NCBI RefSeq assembly: GCF_000150275.1
Contig: NW_002060944.1
Location: 4,654,123-4,718,122, forward strand
Direction: 5' to 3'
DNA length: 64,000 nt
DNA from: Trichoplax adhaerens
Taxonomy: Eukaryota > Animalia > Placozoa
Part shown: piece by piece, positions 38,640-51,700 of the stretch
How the letters are laid out: every line of letters starts with the position of its first letter
Position numbering within the stretch: position 1 is the stretch's first letter
Made by a program: the position numbers and the translations under genes
The notes under the pieces: generated by a model
Seen by the model: only the letters and a program-made list of their open reading frames with translations
Database searches by the model: none
What the model was told of the DNA's origin: nothing

Positions 38640-41600
38640 ATGGCGACCGTTGGTGTTAAACGCGCTAACGATGACAACTTTGATGGGACTGTAGTTGCTG
38701 TCAAGAAGAATAAATATGAATTAGAAGTCAGCCGAAAGAATCAGCAATTAATTGCTTCGGTAATAGTCAAGTTTGATAGGGTTTAACTTAGCTTAATAAC
38801 ACTTTTATCTTGTATGATCAGAAAAACATGTCTTTCGCTTATGCTGTCGATAGTATACCAACCCAATCGACCCTTTGATCCATCCATAGACACTTTTGCA
38901 TTCAATAGACTGTATATTCAGTGATCTTGCCATAAAATCATATCTTTCCAACCTCTATCTAATTGAACTAGATGGAGTAATGTCCTCGTTAGGATATAGA
39001 AGCGTTCGAATGTTGGAAAATAACTTGCATGGGCTCAATAGCTTATTTATTGTCGAATATATTCAAATCCTATGCAACAATCACTTTATTCCTCGACAGT
39101 CTAGTATAGCCCTGTGTTGATCGTAGTTTGTCGCATTAATGCTCAATTACAACACTTACAGTTTTGGACTTTATCCAAGACAGTAACTGCGTGGAATAAG
39201 CATGGATAGTGTAAATAAATTGCCCTAGCACAAACCATCAGTATGAGTAAAGAGCTGATGTCCTTTTTAATATTCTAAATCGTATGCCATCGGAAATGGC
39301 CTCGGTAGACGATCAGCTTGAAAGAGCTACATGATTGGCATAAGCTCAACAGCTTGTTGTCTGATATCGAAATCCTATACGACAGTACAGTAACTTTTAT
39401 TCCTCGACAATAGCAGGTATTTGTTGATAATAATTTGTCGTAGTGATGTCCAGTTGACAACACGTATTTGGACTTTATGCCGCACACTGTGTGCGTGAAA
39501 TAAGAATGGATAGTACGAGTAAATGAATTACCTCAGTAGAAATCATCAGTACGAGTAAAGAACTAGTGAGCCTTGTACTATTATTATATCCGTAAAGCGT
39601 AAACTATCAGGCTGAAACAGCTACATGATTGAAAGGGATATTTATCGAAGTAATACCCGGTGACAGTACCTGGTGCATTTTGTCAAATATAGGACTGTAA
39701 TAGGTGAAGTGAAAGTGGATGGTAAATCACTTGTGTCACTACAACCGAAAGGTCTGTGGATATGCTCGCGAAATTATACTGTAATCTGTTTTCTTCCTAT
39801 AACCTTATGCCTTTGATCACCGAGCAATAGACTTGTTGCAATCAAAAGATGGTGTATGCTATCTTATGACAACGAACTACATCTCAGCATTTTATAGCAA
39901 CCATACCATGACGATGTAGTAATAAACTATATATAAATGTTCTTGTTATATTTCTACCGCCCAATTAATATACTCTTATGGATACGTGATACTAAATCCT
40001 TCTTTGTCTGTAATGACAGGGTCCTCCTCGAACTTCATCACTTTTGGCACCAATTATGCTGCTAACTGGTCATGAGGTAAACTGAATAGTCATAGATTAC
40101 TTATTACTAAGTAAAAGCTGCTCGGAAGATTTACTGTATGTATGACTAAGGATCGATGGAATATGACCACTGTAGAAAAGTGATCAATATTGCTATTGGG
40201 TATTGTAGGGAGAAATATATACAGCTAAATTTCATCCTGATGGGGAAGTGCTGGCTTCTGCTTCCTTTGAAAGAAAAATTTGTAAGTCGGTTTTCTATAC
40301 ATTCTATTTTTTATTATTCAAAAATTCGTTTAAAAGTGGACATGATCAATAAGTCAGCATTCTCACTGCAACAGCAGTGCTAATAAACACCTTAACCATT
40401 AAGGTTTCTACAAAGTACTATCTTTACTCTTCCTGTTCAAGCTGAATGTGAGATGTTATTTACAGTTGAGAAATTAGAAAATATTACTTGTGAAAGGATT
40501 GATTCACTATGCATATTGATTTAATATTACTACGGTATAATCTACTGTTGATTATTTACGATTTACTACGGGTTTAGTCTAAATTAAACTGATAAATGTG
40601 TAAAGTCTCAATCTCATGCAAGTAATCATCAAATGTAATCCCCTTAACTTTAAGCGTATAATAATGATCACCAACTTTAACCTTGTCAATAAATTGTACC
40701 CTTATTTTCTTAGTTTTGTGGAATATTTATGGCGAGTGTGAAAATTATGCTATCCTGGAAGGTCATAAAGGAGCCGTTTTAGACTTGCACTTTTCTACAG
40801 ATGGCAGGTACTTACTGAAACCATATGCGTATTTATTATTTTAGACTGGCACTATAATTGCGAGAAAATAGTATTTTAAGGAATCGTAGCATAAGCAGAA
40901 AAAAAGTGCTATCATTAAGATCAAACTATTGTGGTATTGTCTAAAAAGGATATGTTGTTTATTCTTTAGCCAACTGTTTTCAGCTTCAACAGATAAAACT
41001 GCAGCAATATGGGACTTTGAATCTGGGCAAAGAACTAAAAAGTTTAAAGGCCATACAGGTATTGTAAATAGTTGCCACCCATCTCGCCGTGGGACCCAAA
41101 TGCTTGTTACAGGATCTGATGATTGTACTGCGAAATTGTGGGATGTTAGAAGAAGAGAACCAGTACATTCATTCCAGAGCAATTATCAAGTAATTTGATA
41201 AAATATTTCTCTTATATTTTAGAGGTATCAACGTAAGGATATGATTCTAGTTTATAAAATTAACACTTATTTCGTTTCCCTTTAAAGGTCACAGCCGTAA
41301 GTTTTAACGACACAGGTGATCAAATTATATCTGGTGGTTTGGATAACGTGATTAGGGTAATGGATATGATTTAATTACATTCTTAAATACGATAAGTTAT
41401 TTTTGTGTTACGGCTATTAATAAGAATGTGGTGAAAGCATACGTACATGAGATCTATAATGTATTTTACGATCTATTCTCTCGTTTAGGTGTGGGATTTG
41501 CGTAAGAACAATATCATGTATTCTATGTCTGGACATCTTGATACTATTACTAGTTTAAGTGTAAGCCCTGATGGATGTTATGTTATGTCTAATGCTATGG

Positions 41601-42401
41601 ATAATTCAGGTATGTGAAATATTATTATATTAGTAGTGAAATTCTTTCAGCATTTCGTAATTTTATTAAGGTACCATTTTATCTCATCCTACTCCTTCTT
41701 AAATCGTACAGTTCGTATTTGGGACATAAGACCTTACGTACCGGGTGATCGATGTCTTAAAATTTTCACTGGAGCTCAACACAATTTTGAAAAGGTAACA
41801 TTGTAGGAATGCAACATTGATAAACCTCTAATTATATGAACTAAAAAGAGCTAACTCTTGGTATTGTATTGCAGAATCTTTTGAAATGTAGCTGGTCACC
41901 GGATGGCAAAAAAATTGCAGCTGGTTCAGCGGATAGGTAAACGATCGAATTATTCGTAGGCAGTTCCATATACTGTATACATATTTGTATCCTTAATTTG
42001 TAGTTGGTATCACGTAATGACCAATACCGTATGAAATAATTCTTTAACACAGTAGATTCAAGTAAATATCATTTACTTGCAATCTCAAGGCATCATTTCT
42101 GGCAAGAGACAATAATTGCTAATTTAAAATTTATATTTACTAGATTTGTATATGTATGGGATACTGCGACACGACGTATATTATACAAACTACCAGGACA
42201 TGATGGATCAGTAAATGACGTCCAGTTTCATCCTATCGAACCTATAGGTTGTTATGAGTCTGATTATCATCATAGGATACTGTCAGCTACCTTTGTGTAA
42301 TTAAATGTGCTAATACATCTTGTGCTTATTCTAATTTTCTCATTGCAGTGATGTCTTGCGGTAGTGATAAGAAAATCTACCTTGGAGAGCTTGAATTGTA
42401 A
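38640..42401 (+). CDS. SNRNP40: U5 snRNP 40 kDa WD40 protein (WDR57)
   Basis: Exons 38640-38759, 40020-40076 (GPPRTSSLLAPIMLLTGHE), 40209-40281, 40714-40807, 40970-41189 (LFSASTDKT..VTGSDDCTAKLWD), 41288-41356, 41489-41609, 41712-41794 (GAQHNFEK), 41875-41936 (NLLKCSWSPDG), 42144-42247 (LYKLPGHDGSVN), 42349-42401 (SDKKIYLGELEL*). Colinear with human SNRNP40. Confidence 0.95.
39030..39635. repeat. Diverged ~300-bp tandem duplication in SNRNP40 intron 1
   Basis: Shared blocks gctcaa.agctt, ttattcctcgaca, tttggactttat, tgcgtg.aataag.atggatagt and catcagta.gagtaaaga occur in both about 39032-39260 and 39343-39570; agctacatgattg occurs near 39325 and 39619. Confidence 0.85.
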
Positions 42402-45400
42402 ATAAGCACGAAAGAATATAGTGATAGCAATCGAGATATGAATCTGGATCATCGACTTTTCTGTATCTGTTACAGCTAACCATATTGATAGTATTTAATG
42501 TTTTTATAATTGCTCTTATTATAACTGATAGTACAAGGCAAATTACAAATACCTTTATGTCATTCCATATATGGAAGCATTTGTTATTTTATGGCAAACC
42601 CTACTGTCTTTGTACGGTTATAGCAGCATACTTTTTTCCCCTCTACTTGAAATTTAGATTAAGTCACCATTTAAAATTTCCGTTATTACGTCAAATAAAG
42701 GCAGACATGATATTCTTAAATTGACGTAATACAGAGTATATTGCTTTAATTGAGCTGCTATTATAAATATTCAGCTTCTTTTAATATTTAAAGCTTTAGT
42801 ATTCCAACATAAGTCCATTTATAATATATGCATCTTGAAGTAGAGCAGTAGTTTAGTACTGTAGGTCGGCTCGTGTGAGGTAATTTTTTTCAATTTCTTG
42901 TCGCTGCTCGGTGTGAAAGGTCATTGTAAACCAATCCGATCATTAACATAGTACCTTCAGGTATACCTAAAATGAGTAAAAGCACAGATATCGGAATGCC
43001 TGATAACACTAGAGTACACTTTCGTCTCACTTTTTCACATACAGTATTTCATCTGATCTATTATAAGGAAAAGTTGGCAATCGTTTTTATTTCGATATGC
43101 ACCATACCATTGCTATAAATCACATACCAAGTATCATAGCCTACAAAGGTAGATCGCAAATAATTATCAGTACTTTTTCGTCAATTTGTTGCATTCTACG
43201 TATGTGCATAGTAGCGTCTCTTCTAATATTTAGCACGGAGAAGTCGAGGATACAGGTGTGAAACAGAATCACATTCAGTATGTACTTTGCGTCGACTCAT
43301 ACAGCTAGATATTTTAAGAGAATGTTTCTGCATACAGTGATACACTTTTTCGTTAGACTATTTATAGACTCCCATTTCAATCTGCTTTTTAGTGGTAAGA
43401 AGTTTAGCAATGGTAACTCAATCATACGTATCATCTGCCATACACAGAAGCACGCTTCTTTACTCAAATCATAAATTATAAAAAACAAATAAAATTTGCA
43501 CATTAACTCAATAAAGGATTTATTATCATGCTTTATATCATCAAACAAGCTTGGAATTAGATAATGAAGGAACAAATTACAGCAGCTGGTATTGCAAAAG
43601 AATAAGAGAAAAAAATAGAGCCAAAGTAGAAGGAAAAAAGCTAAAAACTTTGAATGATATTATGATTAGTTGGAATATCGGCAAAACGAAGATTCAGGAA
43701 AATTTGATTTGCTATCATATATTTTTCATCTAATTTAATTTTCAATTTATGAAGATGAAAAACATTTTTGAATTACCTAGTTAATTAATTAAAAGGAATC
43801 AATTTTGCCAGCATAAATTCAATATATCGCCGGCATAGTATAGTTAAAGAGTATAGCTGGAAATAACAGCATTATGCATTAAATATAATTACAGTTATGA
43901 TGATATTACACATACGTATGTATGTAACGACGACATTAAGAGTAGCAATAAGCAGAATAGGATATGGTAATAATATAGAATGATTAATTAATGTGACAGC
44001 AACAATTTCTGTTATTTTGAGCATCTACGATCTAAAAAGACCTGAAATTAATTTCGCAGTGGGAAAACTAAACGTTCTTTTCCAGTATTCTGCAGAAAAT
44101 AGGATATTTCTATATTCAAGGTGTTATCAATCCTGGTAATAAAGTTAACTTTAAATTGTCTTGAATTGATATTGGCGGTCTAGTTGAGGAGTTATAACAA
44201 GGAACAACATTATCAATATCCGCAAAATGGATCATAATAATTTGTATTATATAGACCAAGTTGACTTAATTGTTATTGATCATTGATAAACTCCCAAGTA
44301 ACTTATCTACATGACGAGAATATGCACTATTACGATGGATATATATCTATAATATTATATAACTAGATATTATGTCACAGATGAATTTCCAGCACAGAAA
44401 TAGGTAGTAGGGATGCGGTAAAATAAAGAAATTGAAGAAAAGCATATTTTATATACGCATATATATATATATATATATACATGTATGTATCAATGTTTCC
44501 ATCTCCTAATTGTATTATGGATTGTGATATATGTTAAGGTCATGATCGAAATGGAATAATGCAGATCATGGCTGTCATTTTTCTTACGGCTTTTTAAGCA
44601 AATCGAAACATATAGCTGAGACTTGTCATTTTATAAATGTGACAAGTTATCTTGGCATGCGTGATTCACCATCAAGCAAAATAGTTACTATTGAGTTGTA
44701 ATATGTATAATTCAAATACCAATTAAAGATTTATATGAATATCACTTGTAGCCAAAAACACGTTAGGAGTATGATAGCATTATACAACTACATTTATAAT
44801 TCAACATTGGAAACGATTTTTACAATATATTCATTGATGTGAACACAAGTATCAAAGATTAATTGCTTGTAGTAGCTAATGTCTCTCATTATTTTCATTA
44901 AAGCTCCTTTAATATACCGTCTATGAGCTAACCAGCAATTCTAGCGCAGAAGTAGATGATCCAAGAAGTACTAGTTGATATATCTAACATGCCATTATTG
45001 AAAGGATACTTCATATGAATGATTTTTAACAAGCATGGTAGTAGATGTTAAATTATTTTCTTGTAAACTGCTTTTAAAGCCAGTTTAAATGAATAAAATT
45101 TGTAGCAAGTGGCATAATAATCATATAGATGTGTTGCCTATTAGGAACTGAATTTTTGGACAGACGGTAGTGATGATGGTATAAAAATTAGAAAATCGAC
45201 CAAAGAAGATAGTGCAAGACCAATATAACTTGAAGCACAGTAGTAGAAAGATACCATCCACGTTATGGCTATATTTACAGCTTTGATTGCCCAATACTAA
45301 GGCAATAAATTACATACACGTAAGATATTCTAGCGGAATATACAAGTAACTGTAGAAAATGAACATAATACGATCGATACTACAGTATTTAAAATATTAC

Positions 45401-45796
45401 AAATAAGGCAAAAAGAATTAATTACAATCCTGCTATAGCAATTTACTACCGAGTAACTACAATAATATAATAATAGTGGATTGAAAACATAGATAATAAA
45501 TATCGAATGTGCAGTCTAGAAATAACGTTTTTACAATATTTTTAAGTAAAATTGCGTTTATACCTTCTATTTGAGCTATTCTTGAATATAGTACATTGGA
45601 TTATAAAATCGTAAGATATAGTATTAATAATAAAGAATAGTTATGACTGTAATAATGCAAGAGCAATAATAATATTATTAATAATAACATTATTCATTTA
45701 ATAATTAGTAATCATACTAGTAATATATATATAATAGTAAGAATATTAATAACAATAATATTAATATAGACTTATGATTAAGAGTCCATCTATCTA

Positions 45797-48700
45797 TTAG
45801 ACAACAAGATTCAAACCATTGGAATTGGTTGAATTAGTCTTATCTACTTGCTGTATTGATCGACGATATTTAGCTCGGGCATTCTGAAACCAAACTTGTA
45901 ATACACGCTTGTTTAATCCTGTCTTTATTGATAATTGCTTTAGATCTTTACTATCTGGGTTATGATTAAGAGCAAAATAAGTTTTCATAGTTCGTAACTG
46001 AGGTTGTTTAAATGATGTTCTTATACGTTTCGATCTCCCATGTTCATCAGTAATGTCATCTAATACCATTTTACCGAAATCGTCGTCGTCCTTGTCGTGG
46101 CCTGATTAAATGAATAATATATATATATATATCATGAGTTATATTGAATTCGTTAAAGATCATAATTATTGTGCCGTCGCAATTGAGAAACATAAGTATT
46201 GGGCAGATTTTCCTATTACTTATCTTGTTTAGTGCATTTAGTTTAGATTTAACGCGTTTATCAGCATACGGCATGAAATTGATGATATAAATGACTAGTT
46301 AAATTACTAATGACTTTTAAACGTAGACAAGTATTGAAATTATTAGAATAGTATTAATTTATGTGATAAATAAGATATCAAACTATTAGTACTCGTAAAT
46401 CTAAAATTAGAGGGAAATATTACTACTATGCCATGTTTTTAAACTGAGATAATAGCGTTTACTAGTATTATTTACTCAAGTGATTATTATAAATACCATA
46501 ATTAATCTATACTAATAATTAAATATCTTTAATTTCGTAAGAGAGTGCTGAGCTTATTATTGTTTTATCAAGCTAAAAATACTATATAAATCTGAATAAT
46601 TGGCTAGTATAATATTACTATAACAATTATACTCTTTATACGCGCTGAAATACTATTCACTATTAGTTATAGTATGTATTCATTGCTCTAATACTTACGG
46701 TAATCTAATGATTAGTATTGAACACCGATAAGTACTTAAACTTTGCAAATTATTTATTCATTCAATTAATTTACAAAGCTAAATATTACTACGTAGTCTT
46801 ACACGAAAATTTAGTAAATGTGATACTAGTACGGTATGATGCTTCTGAACTGAACTGGTAAGTGTCTGATATATTAATTAATTTAATACTATTAAAGCTA
46901 TACAGTAATTATCTATACTAAGAATTAACTTTTATTTTATTTTTAAGAAATTACAAAATTTATTAATATTTCATCCAAATTAAAATACCAATATAAATTC
47001 AGGGAATCTGCTAGTACCGCATCGTTTTGGTTCTAAAGACTACATACATGCTAATATGTTCGCTAATATTCATTACAAAAATTATCATTTGGAGCTATTT
47101 TGTACAGAAGGAAATAACTTATTTAGTACATTGTAGAAATTTCAGTAGTCCAACTTTGTGGCTGATACATGCACTGTATACAAGCATATTATCTCGCTAC
47201 ATTTTATCGGTTATACGGTTTTACTATGACAGTTAACAAAGTATGCTATGTAAGAATAGTTTCAAGATAGGCAGCGCTATTCTCAGCTCTTGCCCACTCA
47301 ACCGACAATATCTTACCTTTTCCGTTGATGCTTGGATTACTATTTATATGATGGTTACCATAATCAGGACTTGAATTAGAGCTATCATGATTTTCTCCTG
47401 AATTATCTTTATTAGAATGATGTGAGTGCCGATGATCGCTAGTAATAGATTGAAAATGCTCTTTGCAATATAATTTGCATCCTCTCATTGCAAATTCTTC
47501 GCCTGTTTTTAACAATCTATTACATGTGTGGCAAATAAAGCAAGAACAATGATAAGCATACTCTCTTGCTTTCATAACATGTTCTTTAGGTGATATACCA
47601 GAATTACAAGTTGGACATTTGATGCTACCAAAACGGCTATAACGACCATCATTTCAGGTGATGAAGAGCCAGGTTGTAGGATTGATCAAAGGCAGATCAT
47701 ATATATAATAAGAGGATACATTGATTAATATATTGATCAGGAATTATAGTTTCAGCGAAGATCAATATGATCACATTAGAGCCAGGTATGGAAATAGAAA
47801 TCAATTTTAATAGAGTATTATATAATTTATTAAATATGCATTCATAAAGTCTTTAAAGCAATGAAAAAAAGGGATCTAAATTAGCTAATTTATTGGTTTT
47901 AATAAATCAGAACTGGAATTAGTTATGTAAAATAAAACTAGTATATATTATTTTAGCTGCTCAAAAATTTTATGTTTGTAAAGTGGTCCTAAGTTCTATT
48001 TAATAGTCTCATTATAGTCCGTAAATTTAAACTATAGCTATAACTTTTGTTAGGTTTAGATCTCTGGTATGACATAGAATACTTTTACCTGTAGATATTG
48101 ATAGTTTATGTTATGAGTATAGATATTTTAGAGCTATAATACCATCTCTAAAACATACTTTCGATACACGAACATCAACTCAATCGTATGAATTTGTATA
48201 TAGCCGCAAAAGAATGATCAAGTAATATAGGAGTCTCCACATGTCTGAATATAACCTATAAAATTTCGCTACATAATTGGCTGTTCTACAACTATCCATG
48301 AATTCTTTAGTGAATCTGTAATATGGGAATTGTTTATACGTAAAGTATCAATCTCTAAATTTTATAATACAAAAGGTGCCTATATAACAAGAAAAAACAT
48401 TGTCTCCTTTTGACTTTGGACCTTCAAAGCAAAAGCTAACGGTACGAAAACACAGTTATCTTGTTATTGTTGTCATATGGTTGTGGAAAGAAATCTATAG
48501 GATCGATTTCAGTGTTATTCATTATCATTTTAAGTATACAGAAAAACTGGAATAGAAGAACAAAGAGGAATTGTAGTTATTTTGAGAAAGGATTCCTTTA
48601 TCTCTGAGCTACTAGTTAAGGGTCCAACAGCTAATATCTACCATAACAGTAACAGGATGACGGATTCGATGGCATGGTATTAGTGTCTTAAAGTTTTTGC

Positions 48701-51700
48701 GGTAATGATTAAATATAGCTGAATCTATTAGTCAAGAGAATAAGTAATAGATGGCATGGTTGAAGTCTATCCGAGGTTAATATCAATTATTGGTCTGTAA
48801 ATGGCGAAAATCAAAGAACTAAGTAGACAACATTATTAAAATAAAATCTGAATTAACTTAGCATGATAGATCATGACGTCAAGATATTATTGCTGTTATT
48901 AAGCTATTAAGCTATAAATTATACTTATAAGACCAATTCTAGATACAACTTTAAGCTACAACATGTTTTACAAGCTAAACTCAAAGTTTTAATCAATGTC
49001 TACAGTTGCTATTGTCAATAAAATATTAATCATTGTCGAATGTCGATAAAGTTATTTACAAAAAAATTTGATGAGTCTTAGACAATCTATATACCTAGCT
49101 CAAATCCTCATAAATTTAGATATCTTCACTAGACAGTTTGTATCTAATACTTGGCAGTCACACTCATTTAAGGATGAGAATATTTAGGAAAATGGCGAGG
49201 GAAGAACTAGAATATACGCGTACGTAGAAACAACCTGCTTTCAGTATTTCTACTGATCTGACTTGCTACCTCATCAAACTGCTATGATAAGCCCATAGGC
49301 TGTTGTACAAAAATGGATAAGACTATAGTATATTATTCATAATCTACATGAACTATCAATAAATCAGTAATTTTGCTACGTTGATTACCTAGATCGTTTA
49401 GTAAAGGGAAAAATATTACGAAAATTCAACATCAATGAATTAGAGTGGATTCTGTAGCTACCGAGTTGAAAACGGAAATTGAATTTGGGATCAAACAAAA
49501 CAATAGATGTCATCTACAGAACTCTATTTGAGATCTAAACATCATGGGATATGGAAAAATTAAACTGTTTTAGACTATGAGAGTTAGTGATAGCAAAATA
49601 CCGAAATAAACTGTTAGTAAATATCTGGATAGCACGATGGTATAAATTTCATTTAAAAAATCCATAAAAGTGTGAGCAGAAAGTAATTAGAGTGTCCATA
49701 TAGAATACTTTTACACGGTCGATTGAATGCAGAAAAACATTTTGATGAAACTAGTTCTTAAACTCGACTATTCATCTGTCGCTGATCTCTCTATTAAATT
49801 AGGAAGTTAACTTATCTATCACATGTTTTTATGAATTACTGGACAGTATTGTTATTTAACATAGAATTTTTATAAACGAAGACATATATAAGAACTGATA
49901 GATAATGTGTTACATGGAAGCTATTTCTTCCTCGGTATATACATTTATCTACCATATTTTTTCGTGAATTATTGGACAGTATTGTTATTTAACGTAGAAT
50001 TATTATGAACTAAGATTTATAAAGGAAGAACTGATGAACAATGTTTTACATGGATGCTGTTTCTTTCTTGGTAGATATATTTATCTATCGTATTTTTCGT
50101 GAATTAATGGACCGTGTTGTTATTTAAGGGAGAATTTTTATAAACTAAGACTTATAAAGTAAAACCGATAGTCAATGTGTTACATGGAAGCTATTTCTCT
50201 CTCAGTAGATATATTCATCTATCATATTTTTTTATATATTACTGGATAGTATTATTATTTAACGTAGAATTCTTATAAACTAAGACTTATAAAGGAAGAA
50301 GTGATAGACAATATCTTGTATGGAAACTATTTCTTTCTCGCTAGATACTTTTATCTATCATATTTTCATGAATTACTGGACAGTAATGTTATTTAACGTA
50401 AAATTATTATAAACTAAGATTCATAAAGGAAGAAGTGGTCGATAATGTGTTAAATGGAACTCTTTCTAACTGAAATTGTAAAATATAACACCAATCAATA
50501 AAATAATTTATATTTCCCTATAAAAATAGGACAGTATATTTATCTATCGTTAAGTATCTTCATTATTTTTGAGCAATATTACTTTTTAACCTCAAATTTT
50601 AGAGGTAAAGAAGAGTAAAAGTAAGAATAGATGGGTACGGTAATGTATATTATAAGAATAAAAATTTGTTAGATTAAAAATACAGACTATAATATCAATT
50701 GATATAACGATTGTTTTTCCTCTTTTATAAATGCATATGTTTATCTATCACTAAATTTCGCCTGTAATAAGGAGGCAATATCAATTTTAATCTAGAATTA
50801 TTATGAAATTAGAGTGATAAAATAAGGACTGATCGAAAATATATAAAATCATAGCCTAAATACCACAAACTATAACATCAAGAGCTATTTCCTCAGACAA
50901 GAAATCGTATATAACTAATACAATTTCTCGTATTCTATACAAATGTTGTATGAGATTTAAGAAGATCGCTGTTCAAAGTTGTAAATTTAAATAAAATTAT
51001 TCAATGGTGTCTAGGAATGAAATCAGTATTTCTTCTATTGCTTTTTGAGAGGGATTTACATGTTCTCTGTCTATATCAAAACAATCTATCCTTCTATTGC
51101 AAGATTACTTTCTATTTTGATTAAACTGAATTGAGCATTCATACGAAAGAAAGAAAGAAATTCCCTTATGACGAAATTAGATGATGTATTTGCAATTGAA
51201 AGAAAAGGAACATGTATTGTAACAGTGGATTGGATGTATTGAAAGATTAATATGGATAGATAATGGACAAGAAAGTTAATCGACTACTTGACAAAATGAC
51301 ATGTAAAAAATAAAAAGTTTTCAATGGGCATTCAAAGAATAAAACGGCAGACAGGATGGAAATTGAAAAAATAATAAGAGGGGAGACTCTGATAAAATAC
51401 TTTAAAAGACAAAAAAAGTATAGGAAATCAATTTAATAGCAGTTGTGACATTGATTAGCTATGTCTACGTTATGAGTATTGCCATGATTACAATTACTTA
51501 GACACCTACTTGAAATAATCGGTCCTACAAAAGATGTTGCCTTGCTTAACATAGCAACTTTGATCTTTATCTAATGGTTCATTGCAGTCATAGCATCGCA
51601 AACATTGTATGTGCCATTTTTTGTCGGTTTTTTGAATACCCAGATATTCTTGATCCATGATACTACGACCACAGCCAGCACAGTATTCATTAAGTCTTCC

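Noticed and set aside
38640-42401. SNRNP40 as part of the human 9q synteny block
   Set aside because: Human SNRNP40 is on chromosome 1p, so it gives no direct support.
43031-43140. Selenocysteine TGA split across the candidate micro-exons (TG|A)
   Set aside because: No recognisable selenoprotein motif or SECIS element, and the reading frame itself is unproven.
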